This document shows, piece by piece, positions 43,141 through 52,250 of a stretch of DNA of 64,000 nt. This stretch comes from Candidatus Eiseniibacteriota bacterium (lineage in GTDB: Bacteria; Eisenbacteria; RBG-16-71-46; CAIMUX01), in NCBI GenBank assembly GCA_963833505.1, contig CAWHYG010000007.1, forward strand, positions 402,996 through 466,995, written 5' to 3'. The notes under the pieces were generated by a model. That model did no database searches. It was not told the origin of the DNA and saw only the letters and a list, made by a program, of their open reading frames with translations. The translations under genes and the position numbers were made by a program. The stretch's first letter is position 1, and the number at the start of each line of letters is the position of its first letter.

Positions 43141-44706
43141 TCAGCCCGCGATCGGGCCGGCGGGGAGGTTCAGGTTCTCCCCCGGAAAGATCCGGGTCCG
43201 GCGGGTGAGATGGTTCAGGCGCAGAAGCGTCTCGACCGGGATTCGATGCAACCGGGCGATCACCCATACCGTGTCGCCGGGGCGGACCTTGTATCCGATT
43301 CCTGTGGAAACGGTCTCGGTTCGGGCGTCCGCGTCCGCCGCCGTCGTCCGGGCCCCGGCCGTGGCCCGCCGGGCGTCCGCCGCCGCGATCCGCGGATCCG
43401 CCGCCATTGCCACGTACGCCGCCCGCGTCCCCTCGGCGTGCGCGGAAGGCACTTGAAGCACGTAGCCCTTGGGCAGGGCGCGTCTTCCCTCGACGTAGGA
43501 GGCGCCGAGGGCCGGATTGAGCCCGGCGAGGTCCGAAACGGACATGCCGAAGGCTTGGGCGAGCGCGGGAAGGCGAGCCGGTTGCGTCAGGGGGAGGCCG
43601 CCGGTCAGAAGCGGCGGGTCCGCGTCGATCGGACCGAAATACGGTTCCGGAGACTGTGCCACCGCGACCGCGGCCAGGAACTCGCAGTAGAAGTTCTGGG
43701 AGGCGAACCCGAAGTAGGGGCCTTCGTAGTCCTCGAGGAGGCGGGCCAGGTCATCCTTGCCGAACTCCTGGCTGGCGCGGAAGACGCCGCCGACGCCGTG
43801 GTTGTACGCGGTCACGGCCAGCGGCCAGCTTCCCAGCGTATGATAGGCCTCCCGGAGGTACTCGGCGGCCGCCCGCGTCGCGGCCAGGGGATCGCGACGC
43901 TCGTCCAGGTCGCGATCGATCCGGAGAAACCGGCGTCCGGTGCGTCCGGTGAACTGCCAGATGCCCACGGCCCCCGCCTTGGATTTCGCGGTCGTGCAGA
44001 AGGAGGATTCCACCAACGGGAGATAGGCGATCTGGGAAGGAACGCCCAGGGAGTCGAGGGTCTCCTGGATCGCCGGCAGGTAGCGGGCGGAGCGTTTCAG
44101 GCCAAGCAGGAAGAGCTCCTTCACGCCCGGCTGGCTGTGGATCCGCTCGCGCGAGCCGGCGAAGCGGACGTCGGCGGGGATTGCTTCAAGCAGGGATGCG
44201 ACCCGGCGATCTTCCTCGCTCCAGGACGCGGGCGGAAGCCTGGCGTCGTCCTCCAGGATCTGCTGGTAGCGCCGCTTGGCCGCATCCACTGCGGCGTCGA
44301 TCTGCCTCCTGTTCAGGCCGCGAATGTCCAGGACCTGATAGATGATCCAGGGATAGCGGGAATCGTGGATCACCCGCTGGTCCCTCGAGAACTCGGTGAA
44401 GATCCGGACCCAGAAGGCGACCCGGGGTGTAAGCTCGCTTGGGCATGGGAACTGGGAAGATCCGAAGGAAAGCGCCGCCGGAGGCGGACTTGCCGGATCC
44501 GGACTTGGCGCCGGAGCCGCGGCGGCGAATCCGGCCGCGACCAGCGCCCCGACCAGCGCAAGGATGCGCCATGTCCGGCCGAGGAGTTTCAGCCACAGGC
44601 GGGCGCGGGACACGGAATTGCCGCGAAACGGCGGCCTTTGGGTTCCCCAGTCGGGCAAACGCGGCCTCCGGGCTCTTTCAGCGATCCTCGAACGTCGGAC
44701 ACTCAT
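43141..44706 (-). CDS. membrane-bound lytic murein transglycosylase (SLT domain) with a C-terminal LysM domain
   Basis: The SLT motifs LPLVESSFCTTAKSKAGAVGIWQF and AYNHG are present. The LysM segment is YKVRPGDTVWVIARLHRIPVETLLRLNHL. Confidence 0.85.
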   Translation of the reverse strand: MSVRRSRIAERARRPRLPDWGTQRPPFRGNSVSRARLWLKLLGRTWRILALVGALVAAGFAAAAPAPSPDPASPPPAALSFGSSQFPCPSELTPRVAFWVRIFTEFSRDQRVIHDSRYPWIIYQVLDIRGLNRRQIDAAVDAAKRRYQQILEDDARLPPASWSEEDRRVASLLEAIPADVRFAGSRERIHSQPGVKELFLLGLKRSARYLPAIQETLDSLGVPSQIAYLPLVESSFCTTAKSKAGAVGIWQFTGRTGRRFLRIDRDLDERRDPLAATRAAAEYLREAYHTLGSWPLAVTAYNHGVGGVFRASQEFGKDDLARLLEDYEGPYFGFASQNFYCEFLAAVAVAQSPEPYFGPIDADPPLLTGGLPLTQPARLPALAQAFGMSVSDLAGLNPALGASYVEGRRALPKGYVLQVPSAHAEGTRAAYVAMAADPRIAAADARRATAGARTTAADADARTETVSTGIGYKVRPGDTVWVIARLHRIPVETLLRLNHLTRRTRIFPGENLNLPAGPIAG

Positions 44707-44856
44707 TGCGGCGGGACGGCTCCTCGAGTAGCTTGCCCCCTGGCTCGCCGGCGCTCGTCCGGGTGATAGCGGCGGGTCCGCCTCGCGACGGCCGGAACTC
44801 TGACCTCAGTATAGGAAACCGCCCGCGGGTCTCGCAAGCGGATGAAGGGACATTGG

Positions 44857-45855
44857 ATGGCTGAGACCGGGGTTGCGTCGGGAACCGGATCGACTCTCGA
44901 CGGGAAATCCCCTCCGGGCCCCTCCGTCGTGGCGGAAGGGCTCCGCAAGAGCTACGGACCCGTTCTCGCGGTCGATGACCTGTCCTTTCAGGTGGCGAAA
45001 GGGGAACTCCTCGGCCTGCTCGGCCCGAACGGCGCCGGCAAGTCGACCGCGCTCCGCATGCTGATCGGCTTCCAATATCCAGACTCAGGCCGCGTCCGCC
45101 TGAACGGCTTCGACGTCTTCCAGGACGGTCCCCGGGCGCGCGCGTCGCTTGGCTACCTTCCCGAATCGGTTCCGCTCTATGCCGAGATGGAAGTCAGGAC
45201 CTATCTGCTCTTCTTCGCCGGCGTGAAGGGAATCCCGCGACCCGCTGCCGAGGTCGCTCGCGTGATCGATCAGATCGACCTCGGTCGAGTGATCGGCCGG
45301 CCCTGCGGCAACCTTTCGCGCGGATATCGGCAACGGGTGGCGCTGGCGCAGGCTCTCCTGTCCGATCCCTCGGTGCTCATCCTCGATGAGCCGACTTCGG
45401 GGCTCGATCCGAACCAGATCCACGATTTCCGGTCCATGGTGCGCGGACTGAGCCGCGATCGCGCGGTGCTGCTGTCGACTCACATCCTTCCGGAGGCGCT
45501 CGAAGTCTGCGACCGCATCATCATCTTGAATCGCGGGCGGATGGTGGCGGCGGGCAGCCCGGGCGAGATCATGGGGGAGGGACCTTCGGTCCACTGGGCC
45601 CGGCTGCGCCTTCCGAACCCGCCGTCGGCGGCCGAAGCGGAGCGCTTCGATCTGTTCCGGGAAGACGAATCCGCTCCGACGGGAGGATCCGCGGGACTCG
45701 TCTATCGAGTCCGTCGGGATCTGCCGCGGGAAGAGGCGCGCGCGCTTCTGCGCCTGGTGCTGGATCGGGACGGGGAGGTCCTGGAGTGGGGCACCGGCGC
45801 CGCCGGGCTCGAGGCGATCTTCCGCAAGCTGACGCTGGGCGAGGAGGAGGCATGA
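44857..45855 (+). CDS. ABC transporter ATP-binding protein (GldA-like)
   Basis: Walker A GPNGAGKST and a signature LSRGYRQR are present. The ATG at 44857 has better ribosome-binding-site spacing than 44842. Confidence 0.85.
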   Translation: MAETGVASGTGSTLDGKSPPGPSVVAEGLRKSYGPVLAVDDLSFQVAKGELLGLLGPNGAGKSTALRMLIGFQYPDSGRVRLNGFDVFQDGPRARASLGYLPESVPLYAEMEVRTYLLFFAGVKGIPRPAAEVARVIDQIDLGRVIGRPCGNLSRGYRQRVALAQALLSDPSVLILDEPTSGLDPNQIHDFRSMVRGLSRDRAVLLSTHILPEALEVCDRIIILNRGRMVAAGSPGEIMGEGPSVHWARLRLPNPPSAAEAERFDLFREDESAPTGGSAGLVYRVRRDLPREEARALLRLVLDRDGEVLEWGTGAAGLEAIFRKLTLGEEEA

Positions 45856-46649
45856 CCGCAAGGACGAGCGGGCGCGCCGTTCTGCGCATCGCGATGCGGG
45901 AGACGCGGAGCCTGATCGAGTCCCCCGGGGGCTGCCTCGTGATCGGGACTTTCTGGTTCCTGGCCGGTCTGCTTCTGGTGACCCTGCTCTTCCGGTTCCG
46001 GGCGGCGGCCGCCGAGATGGCGCAATCCGGGCAGCTCCAGGAGGCCGCGGTCGGGCCGCACATCAACGACTATGTGATCCGGCCGCTCTTCTTCAATCTC
46101 GGGTCGGTGCTCATCTTCTTCATTCCGCTTCTCACCATGCGGAGCTTCGCGGAGGAGCGGAGGACCGGCGCGCTCGAGCTGCTCCTGAGCCAGCCGCTGC
46201 GAGGCGCGGATCTCCTCCTCGGCAAGTTTCTTGGGGCGCTCTTTTCTCTCGGGGTCTGCCTTTCCATCCTGGTGCTGCACGCGCTGGTCCTGGCGATCGT
46301 GAGCCAGCCGGATTGGGCGGCGGCCCTGGCCGGCTTCATCGGGCTGCTCCTCCTCGGCACCCTCTGCACCGCGGTGGGGATCCTGCTCTCCGTGCTCAGC
46401 CGTTCGCAGGTGGAGGCGGCGGTTCTTTCGCTGGGAGTGCTCCTCGCGCTCGTCATCGGGCCTGACGCCATCCGGCCGCCCAGCGGAGCGCTCTCCTCCT
46501 TCGCCGGGTTCATCTCGGTCATGGGGCGCTACGAGGATTTCACGCGGGGCGTCATCGACCTCGGCCATGTCGCCTTCTATGGAACGCTCATCTTCCTGGT
46601 CCTGGCCGCGGCTCTGCGGTCGCTGGACCTGGTGCGGTGGCAGGGTTAG
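45852..46649 (+). CDS. ABC-2 type transporter permease (GldF-like)
   Basis: There are six hydrophobic segments. The start overlaps the upstream stop as ATGA and follows GAGGAGGAGG. Confidence 0.8.
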   Translation: MTARTSGRAVLRIAMRETRSLIESPGGCLVIGTFWFLAGLLLVTLLFRFRAAAAEMAQSGQLQEAAVGPHINDYVIRPLFFNLGSVLIFFIPLLTMRSFAEERRTGALELLLSQPLRGADLLLGKFLGALFSLGVCLSILVLHALVLAIVSQPDWAAALAGFIGLLLLGTLCTAVGILLSVLSRSQVEAAVLSLGVLLALVIGPDAIRPPSGALSSFAGFISVMGRYEDFTRGVIDLGHVAFYGTLIFLVLAAALRSLDLVRWQG

Positions 46650-46664
46650 GAGCGCAAGGCGGAC

Positions 46665-48194
46665 ATGCGGACCTTTCCGATTCTCGTCCTGGCGCTGGCC
46701 TTCCTGGCCGCGGGCGGGCTTCTCACCTCGGTGGAGGGTCCCGGCTTCTATCCGGCGCGCCTGCTCCTCCTGACCGGCGTGGCCGGACTGATCTGGAGCG
46801 TGGTGCGCGCCTGGCCCACCCTCCGGCTCTTCGCCGCGCGAATGCGCACCGTGGCGGAGCCCGGTCCGGCCCTGACCTGGGTCCTGCTGGCGGCCGTGCT
46901 GCTGGTCCTGGCCGTGGGGCTGAATCTGCGTCCCACGCGGTTCGACCTGACGAGCCGCGGCCTTCAGAGCTTGAGCCCGGCGTCGAAACGAGCGCTCGCC
47001 GGCATCCACACCAGGGTGGAGATGATCGGCGTCTACCGGGACGGCTCGGACGATCAGGCCCACGCCCGCGACATCCTCGACGTCTACCAGACGGACGAAC
47101 GGGGAATCCACGCGCGCCTGCTCGATCCGGAGCGCTCGCCGGACGAGGCGCGGCGGCTTGGAATCCACTTCACGAGCGGTGTCCTCATCCAGGCCGACAG
47201 CTCCAGCGAGGTCGTGACGGATCTGACGGAGAACGCCCTGACCGAGGGGATCCTCCGCGCGGCCAACCCGACCCGTCCGCTGATCGGGCTCGTGCTGAGC
47301 CACGGCGAGGCGGCCCCGGATCGATCGCCCATCACGCACCTGCGCGAGTTGCTGGCGGAGGCGGGATTCCGCCAGGCCAGGATCGATCTGACGCAGGGGG
47401 ACGTGCCGCCCACCATCAAAGCCCTGCTCATCGTGGGCCCGGAGTCGCCGCTTCTTCCCGGAGAAGTCGCCGTGCTCGACCGGTTCGAGCAACGGGGCGG
47501 ACGGCTGGGACTCTTTCTCGATCCGGAGCCCTCGACCGGGCTGACCTCGTGGCTGGCGGCTCAAGGCATTCTGGTCGACGGACGGCTCATCCGCGACTCG
47601 GGACCGCTGACCCGCTCGGCCGGGCTGGGACCCGAGACGATTGCGGTCCAGAGCCTCGGCGAGCACCCGATCACGAAGGGGCTGACCGCGGCGATCCTGC
47701 TTCGCGGCGCCACGCGCGTCGGACTCAGCTCTCTCCCGGTCTGGGGATCGAACGGGTCGGAGATCCTGCGGAGCGCGCCGAGCGCGCTTCTCGAGGGATC
47801 GAGATCGGACACGACGGGGGCCGCGGCGGAGAGGGCGGCCAAGGACCTTCCGTTGGGCGTTGCGCTCGAGCGCGACGTGCGGAACCCCGAAACGCGAGCG
47901 CTCGCGAGCGGCCTGCCGCCGGAGCGAAGGGTGGCGCGCCTCGTGGTCATCGGCGACAGCGATTTCCTGCGTGATGAAACCCTCGACCTCTACGGAAACC
48001 GCGCCTTCGCGACCCGCGTGATCGGCTGGCTGGGGGAGCGCGACTACCTCCTGGACGTTCCCAGACCGAATCAGGCGGGAACGCCGCTCAAGGTCGGCCT
48101 GACCGGCCTTCGGACGATCTTCTACCTCGTCGAGATCCTCCCGCCGGTCCTCATGCTGGGCCTGGGTTTGCTGGTCTGGGCGCGCCGGAGATGA
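46665..48194 (+). CDS. GldG-like ABC transporter auxiliary component (ABC_transp_aux family)
   Basis: It has N- and C-terminal transmembrane anchors and a large periplasmic domain. Its position after the ABC ATPase and permease genes matches the gldA-F-G order. Confidence 0.7.
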   Translation: MRTFPILVLALAFLAAGGLLTSVEGPGFYPARLLLLTGVAGLIWSVVRAWPTLRLFAARMRTVAEPGPALTWVLLAAVLLVLAVGLNLRPTRFDLTSRGLQSLSPASKRALAGIHTRVEMIGVYRDGSDDQAHARDILDVYQTDERGIHARLLDPERSPDEARRLGIHFTSGVLIQADSSSEVVTDLTENALTEGILRAANPTRPLIGLVLSHGEAAPDRSPITHLRELLAEAGFRQARIDLTQGDVPPTIKALLIVGPESPLLPGEVAVLDRFEQRGGRLGLFLDPEPSTGLTSWLAAQGILVDGRLIRDSGPLTRSAGLGPETIAVQSLGEHPITKGLTAAILLRGATRVGLSSLPVWGSNGSEILRSAPSALLEGSRSDTTGAAAERAAKDLPLGVALERDVRNPETRALASGLPPERRVARLVVIGDSDFLRDETLDLYGNRAFATRVIGWLGERDYLLDVPRPNQAGTPLKVGLTGLRTIFYLVEILPPVLMLGLGLLVWARRR

Positions 48195-48228
48195 AGGTCA
48201 ACCGGACGCGGGAGATCGCCGCGCGAGG

Positions 48229-49554
48229 ATGCCGGGAGCGATGAGTGGATCCCGGACTCAACCGGCGTACCTGCGCTGGTTCCTGGTTCTGGCGCTCGTG
48301 GCGGCCGGCGCCTGGGTCTTCCGGTTGGACAAGGTACGACCCCGTGAATCCTCTCCGGGCGGGTACGGCCTGGAGCCGGGCTTCGGCGAGCTGTCTTCGC
48401 TCACCATCCGCCACGGGAGCGACAGCCTGGTCATCCATCGGGAAGGGGACGAATTCTGGCTGGTCCATCCGCTTCGGGACCGGGCGGACATCGGCCTCGT
48501 CCGCGAAGCCGAACGGCAGGCGCGAGACCTGAAGCCCGAGCGGGTGCTTCCCGACACGACCGGAGGAGGATTCGGGCTGGATCGGCGGAGCCCCGGCATC
48601 CGCCTGGAGAGCGAGAGCGGCAGGCTCTGGGAACTGGCTGTGGGAGATACCTCGCCGGTCGGGTCCGGCCTCTACGCGCGGACGAATCCGCTCGGCCCCG
48701 TGCTTATCCTCGACGGATTCCTCGTCCGCAAGTACTTCCTGCCGGCGGTCGACCAGGTGCGGGATCACGTGGCGGCTCCCGTGGAAACCGGGCCGATCGA
48801 CTCGATCGCGGCGGTGATTCCGGGCAGGTCCCTCCGGATCCGCTGGGAGTCGGGAGACCGCTGGACGGCCCTCGAGCCCAAGGGCCTCGAAGTGGAGTCG
48901 GGGCGGGTCAGTCAGGTGCTCGACGCCCTCCGCGGGCCCATGATCTCCGGCTTTCCGGATCCCTCCACGCCCCTGGCGGATCTCGGCCTCATGCCTCCGC
49001 GCGCCCTGTGGGTGCTGTATCAAGGCGCCCGCGCCGAGAGCGTGCGCGTGGGCCGCGTGACGCCGGATGAGAAGTCGGTGTACATCCTGCCGGCCGGCCG
49101 GTCTCTGCCGGCGATGCTCGGGACCGACTTCTTCAGGAATCTCGTCGACGGATGGGTCGGCGTCGCCAATCTCCGATTGATCCGTGCCGCGGCTGACAGC
49201 GTCACCGAGGTCGACTTTCTGGGCGGCCTTGGCCAGGGCGCCTACGTCCGTGAATCGGGGATCTGGCGGCGCAATCCCGGAGAGCGCCGGGTCGAACGCC
49301 AGAAGGCGCTGGATGCGGACGTGACCAACCTGACCCTGGCCCGGTGGTCCCGATATCCGGTCGAACCGATGAATCCCGGCGGGGCCCCGGTTCTCCAGCT
49401 TCGCCTTCGCACTGCGAGCGCGGCCGAGACCCTGAGCCTCGCGGCGGTGAGCGACACCGTGACCCTGGCCCGGAGCACCCGAAACCCGCGGTGGGGGCCG
49501 GTTCCGCCGCTGATCTGGCGCGTCTGGGACTTCCGGAAGAGCCACCCGGAGTAG
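48229..49554 (+). CDS. DUF4340-like protein commonly found with GldG
   Basis: It has an N-terminal transmembrane segment and protein-like composition. An alternative start lies at 48241. Confidence 0.55.
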   Translation: MPGAMSGSRTQPAYLRWFLVLALVAAGAWVFRLDKVRPRESSPGGYGLEPGFGELSSLTIRHGSDSLVIHREGDEFWLVHPLRDRADIGLVREAERQARDLKPERVLPDTTGGGFGLDRRSPGIRLESESGRLWELAVGDTSPVGSGLYARTNPLGPVLILDGFLVRKYFLPAVDQVRDHVAAPVETGPIDSIAAVIPGRSLRIRWESGDRWTALEPKGLEVESGRVSQVLDALRGPMISGFPDPSTPLADLGLMPPRALWVLYQGARAESVRVGRVTPDEKSVYILPAGRSLPAMLGTDFFRNLVDGWVGVANLRLIRAAADSVTEVDFLGGLGQGAYVRESGIWRRNPGERRVERQKALDADVTNLTLARWSRYPVEPMNPGGAPVLQLRLRTASAAETLSLAAVSDTVTLARSTRNPRWGPVPPLIWRVWDFRKSHPE

Positions 49555-49764
49555 CGTTCGAACCCGCGGATCGCCCGGCAGACCGTTTCCCCGGCCTTCG
49601 ATCGTGCGACTCCAAGCCCGTCTACGGCTCCCTGGTTTCGAGCCGTTGCTCCGTCCCCGCTCCCAACACAAACCCCGCCACGACCTTCGGCGAAACGTTC
49701 TCAAGCTGCGCGCCAGATGGGCCGAATCCCGGAATGGACCTACGTCCAGAAGGGGGTACGAGAA

Positions 49765-50178
49765 ATGAAGAACACCAATATCACGATGGTCAATCCCCAG
49801 CAGATCGTGAACAAGGGTCTGAAGGGGTGCAAGAGCACGCGCACCGTCACGACCTTTGCGCAGAAGTTCGGCGTTCCCTGCGTCTGGTGGCGGCCCACCA
49901 CGAACCAGAAGGTCCTGCTCGTGGATTGGCCCCAGTTCCGCACGATCTGGAACCAGCACTGGAACACCAAGACTTCGACCCAGACCACGACCACCTGGAA
50001 GGGCACGGGAACCTGGGGCACGGGCACGAACCGGACGAGCTGCCGCGCATCCACTCGTCCTTCGACGACGCGGACCCACACCCGGACCGGCACGGAGCGG
50101 ACGGGGTACGGCAACACCCGCACGGCCACCAAGACCTACCGGACGACCAACTATCGGCGGACCCGCCGGGCGGCCTGA
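49765..50178 (+). CDS. small putative HTH (excisionase/MerR-like) DNA-binding protein with a Thr/Arg-rich low-complexity C-terminal tail, in a lower-GC islet
   Basis: The ATG at 49765 follows AGGGGGT. The N-terminal 70 aa read MKNTNITMVNPQQIVNKGLKGCKSTRTVTTFAQKFGVPCVWWRP...LLVDWPQFRTIW. The tail is TKTSTQTTTTWKGTGTWGTGT...RTTNYRRTRRAA. Another frame of the tail reads as His/Asp-rich. A strong terminator follows. Confidence 0.4.
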   Translation: MKNTNITMVNPQQIVNKGLKGCKSTRTVTTFAQKFGVPCVWWRPTTNQKVLLVDWPQFRTIWNQHWNTKTSTQTTTTWKGTGTWGTGTNRTSCRASTRPSTTRTHTRTGTERTGYGNTRTATKTYRTTNYRRTRRAA

Positions 50179-50218
50179 CGCCTCCGCCCCGGGTTCGGAA
50201 GATAGAAGGACATCCGCG

Positions 50219-50253
50219 GCCCGCTCCCCGGAATGGGGGGCGGGCCTTTTTTT
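50219..50253 (+). terminator. rho-independent terminator GCCCGCTCCCC-GGAAT-GGGGGGCGGGC followed by seven T
   Basis: The hairpin is at 50219-50245 and the T-run at 50247-50253, seen directly in the sequence. Confidence 0.7.
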
Positions 50254-50374
50254 CATCTCGCCGCCGCTCGCCGGCTCACGCGCCCATGAGCCGTCTGGCT
50301 TGACTGCCTCCTCGAAGGCGCTGAGCCGCTCAGGCGCCCGGCCCCGAAGCCTTTTGACGGCTCCGCTCGCCGGC

Positions 50375-50403
50375 TTGACCGCACTTCCCGGCGTTCGTAT
50401 CCT
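50375..50403 (+). promoter_or_regulatory. sigma70-like promoter TTGACC-N17-TATCCT upstream of cutA
   Basis: TTGACC is at 50375-50380 and TATCCT at 50398-50403. The gene starts at 50430. Confidence 0.45.
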
Positions 50404-50429
50404 GGGCCGTCACCAGGGAGTCCCGAAAA

Positions 50430-50765
50430 ATGGTCGAGCCGCTCATCGTCCTCACCACGATCGGCAACGCCGAGCAGGGGCGCCGCATCGCCCGCGAGCT
50501 GGTCGAGTCCAGGCTGGCCGCCTGCGTCACCTGCTTCCCGTCGCTGGTCTCGTTCTATCGCTGGAGCGGACGGGTCGAGGAAGACGGAGAGATGCTGCTG
50601 ATGATCAAGTCCACGCAGGAGCGCCTGGACGAGCTGAAGGCGCATCTGCTGCGGGTTCATCCCTACGAGGTGCCGGAGTTCCTGGTCCTGCCGATCCGGG
50701 AGGGAGGCGAGCCCTACCTGAAGTGGCTGGCCGAGAGCACCGGCCGTCCTCCGGAAAGGCCATGA
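50430..50765 (+). CDS. cutA: divalent-cation tolerance protein CutA
   Basis: It is 111 aa with motifs CVTCFP, SFYRWSG and LLMIKS. Confidence 0.85.
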   Translation: MVEPLIVLTTIGNAEQGRRIARELVESRLAACVTCFPSLVSFYRWSGRVEEDGEMLLMIKSTQERLDELKAHLLRVHPYEVPEFLVLPIREGGEPYLKWLAESTGRPPERP

Positions 50766-50766
50766 C

Positions 50767-51573
50767 ATGGTTCCCGCCTGCGGCGTCATCACCCTGACGA
50801 CCGACTTCGGCCTCCACGACAGCTACGTGGCCACCATGAAGGCGGTCATCCTCCGGATCCATCCGGAGGCCCGCCTCGTCGATCTCACGCACCAGATCGC
50901 CCCGCAGGACATCCTCGAAGCTTCGCTCGTGCTGGACAACGCGTACCGCTATTTTCCGGCCGGATCGGTCCATCTCGTCGTGGTCGATCCGGAGGTCGGG
51001 GGCAGCCGCCGGCCGATCCTCCTCGCGGGCGAAGAGCAATACTTCGTGGGACCGGACAACGGAACCTTCACCCGGGTGCTGGACGCCGAGCCGGACGCGC
51101 CGGTGGTCGAGATCAAGGAGCGGAACTACCTGTTGCCGAACATCACCGACACGTTTCACGGCCGCGACGTCTTCGCTCCGGCGGCGGCCTTCCTTTCGCG
51201 GGGCGTGGCGCCGGATGAATTCGGGCCGCGCGTCGAGGATCCCCGGCGCCTGACCCTACCGGAGCCCCGGATCTGGGACGATCAGATCCGCGGCGAGGTC
51301 ATCCACATCGACAGCTTCGGCAACATCCTCAGCAACATCACCCGCGCGTTCTACGAGAAAGCGGCGGGCGGGCGCCGCTGCCGCATCCTCCTCAACGGAA
51401 AGGTCATCGATCGGCTCTGCCGGAGCTACTACGAGCAGGAGAAGGGCCGGACGCTCGCGCTCTTCGGCAGCAGCGGCCTCCTCGAGATCGCGGTGGCGGA
51501 AGGCCGCGCCGACCGGCGGATCGGCGCGGGCAAGGGGGATACCGTCCTGGTCCAGTTCGAGGGGGAGCGATGA
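50767..51573 (+). CDS. SAM hydroxide adenosyltransferase (DUF62; fluorinase/chlorinase-like fold)
   Basis: Motifs LTTDFGLHDSYVA, VHLVVVDPEVG and FHGRDVFAPAAAF are present. Confidence 0.85.
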   Translation: MVPACGVITLTTDFGLHDSYVATMKAVILRIHPEARLVDLTHQIAPQDILEASLVLDNAYRYFPAGSVHLVVVDPEVGGSRRPILLAGEEQYFVGPDNGTFTRVLDAEPDAPVVEIKERNYLLPNITDTFHGRDVFAPAAAFLSRGVAPDEFGPRVEDPRRLTLPEPRIWDDQIRGEVIHIDSFGNILSNITRAFYEKAAGGRRCRILLNGKVIDRLCRSYYEQEKGRTLALFGSSGLLEIAVAEGRADRRIGAGKGDTVLVQFEGER

Positions 51574-52115
51574 CGCTCGCGATGGATCTGCTGCTGATCG
51601 CCTGCTTCCTGCTGACGCTGGCGGCGGGAGCGCGCGGAGGATTCTTCCGCGAACTGTTCGCGTTGCTCGGGGTGGCGGCCGGTGTCGCCGCCGCCATCAA
51701 GCTCACCGAGCCGGTCCTGCTCCACCTGTCCGCCGGCCTTCGCGGTGCGGTTTCCGCCGCGATCATCTTCATGCTGATCGTTCTCGTCGCCTACGGCCTC
51801 GTCACCATGATCGGCGTGGCCTTTTCCGCCCTTTGGGAAGGCAGGAATCCGGGCGGGTTGAGCCGGCTCCTCGGCTTCATCCTGGGAGGCGTTCGCGGGC
51901 TCCTTCTGGTCCTGGTGCTGGCCGGGACCCTGGTGCTCCTGGCTCCGGACGGCAGCGTCCGGCTGGGCCGGTCGCGGGTGCTGCCGCGTCTCGGGCCGGG
52001 CATCACCTGGGGGGCGCATTTCCTGCCCCCGGACGTGCGGGCGAAGTTGCTCGAAAAGTGGCAGCTCTTGCCCTTCGGTCGGACCACGCCCGTTCACGAC
52101 GTAAGGACCGTCTGA
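51570..52115 (+). CDS. cvpA: CvpA-family membrane protein
   Basis: There are four hydrophobic segments. The start overlaps the DUF62 stop. Confidence 0.7.
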   Translation: MTLAMDLLLIACFLLTLAAGARGGFFRELFALLGVAAGVAAAIKLTEPVLLHLSAGLRGAVSAAIIFMLIVLVAYGLVTMIGVAFSALWEGRNPGGLSRLLGFILGGVRGLLLVLVLAGTLVLLAPDGSVRLGRSRVLPRLGPGITWGAHFLPPDVRAKLLEKWQLLPFGRTTPVHDVRTV

Positions 52116-52250
52116 CCCGAATCAGCAACTGCCGCCGTCTCGCCCATCTCTTCTCGACCGCGTGTGGCCCGGCCGTTCCGGTGACCTTGCTTGGGCGGGT
52201 GCCCGGCGGCTTGGCGGATCCCCTCCGAGTCTCGGAAAGGCCGCCCGCGC

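Noticed and set aside
49344-50303. Alternative 319 aa His/Asp-rich frame over the Thr-rich tail
   Set aside because: It spans the DUF4340 gene end and the terminator and lacks a sensible start. Only its 3-prime part looks protein-like because of codon periodicity. It is kept as a caveat on the 49765 gene.
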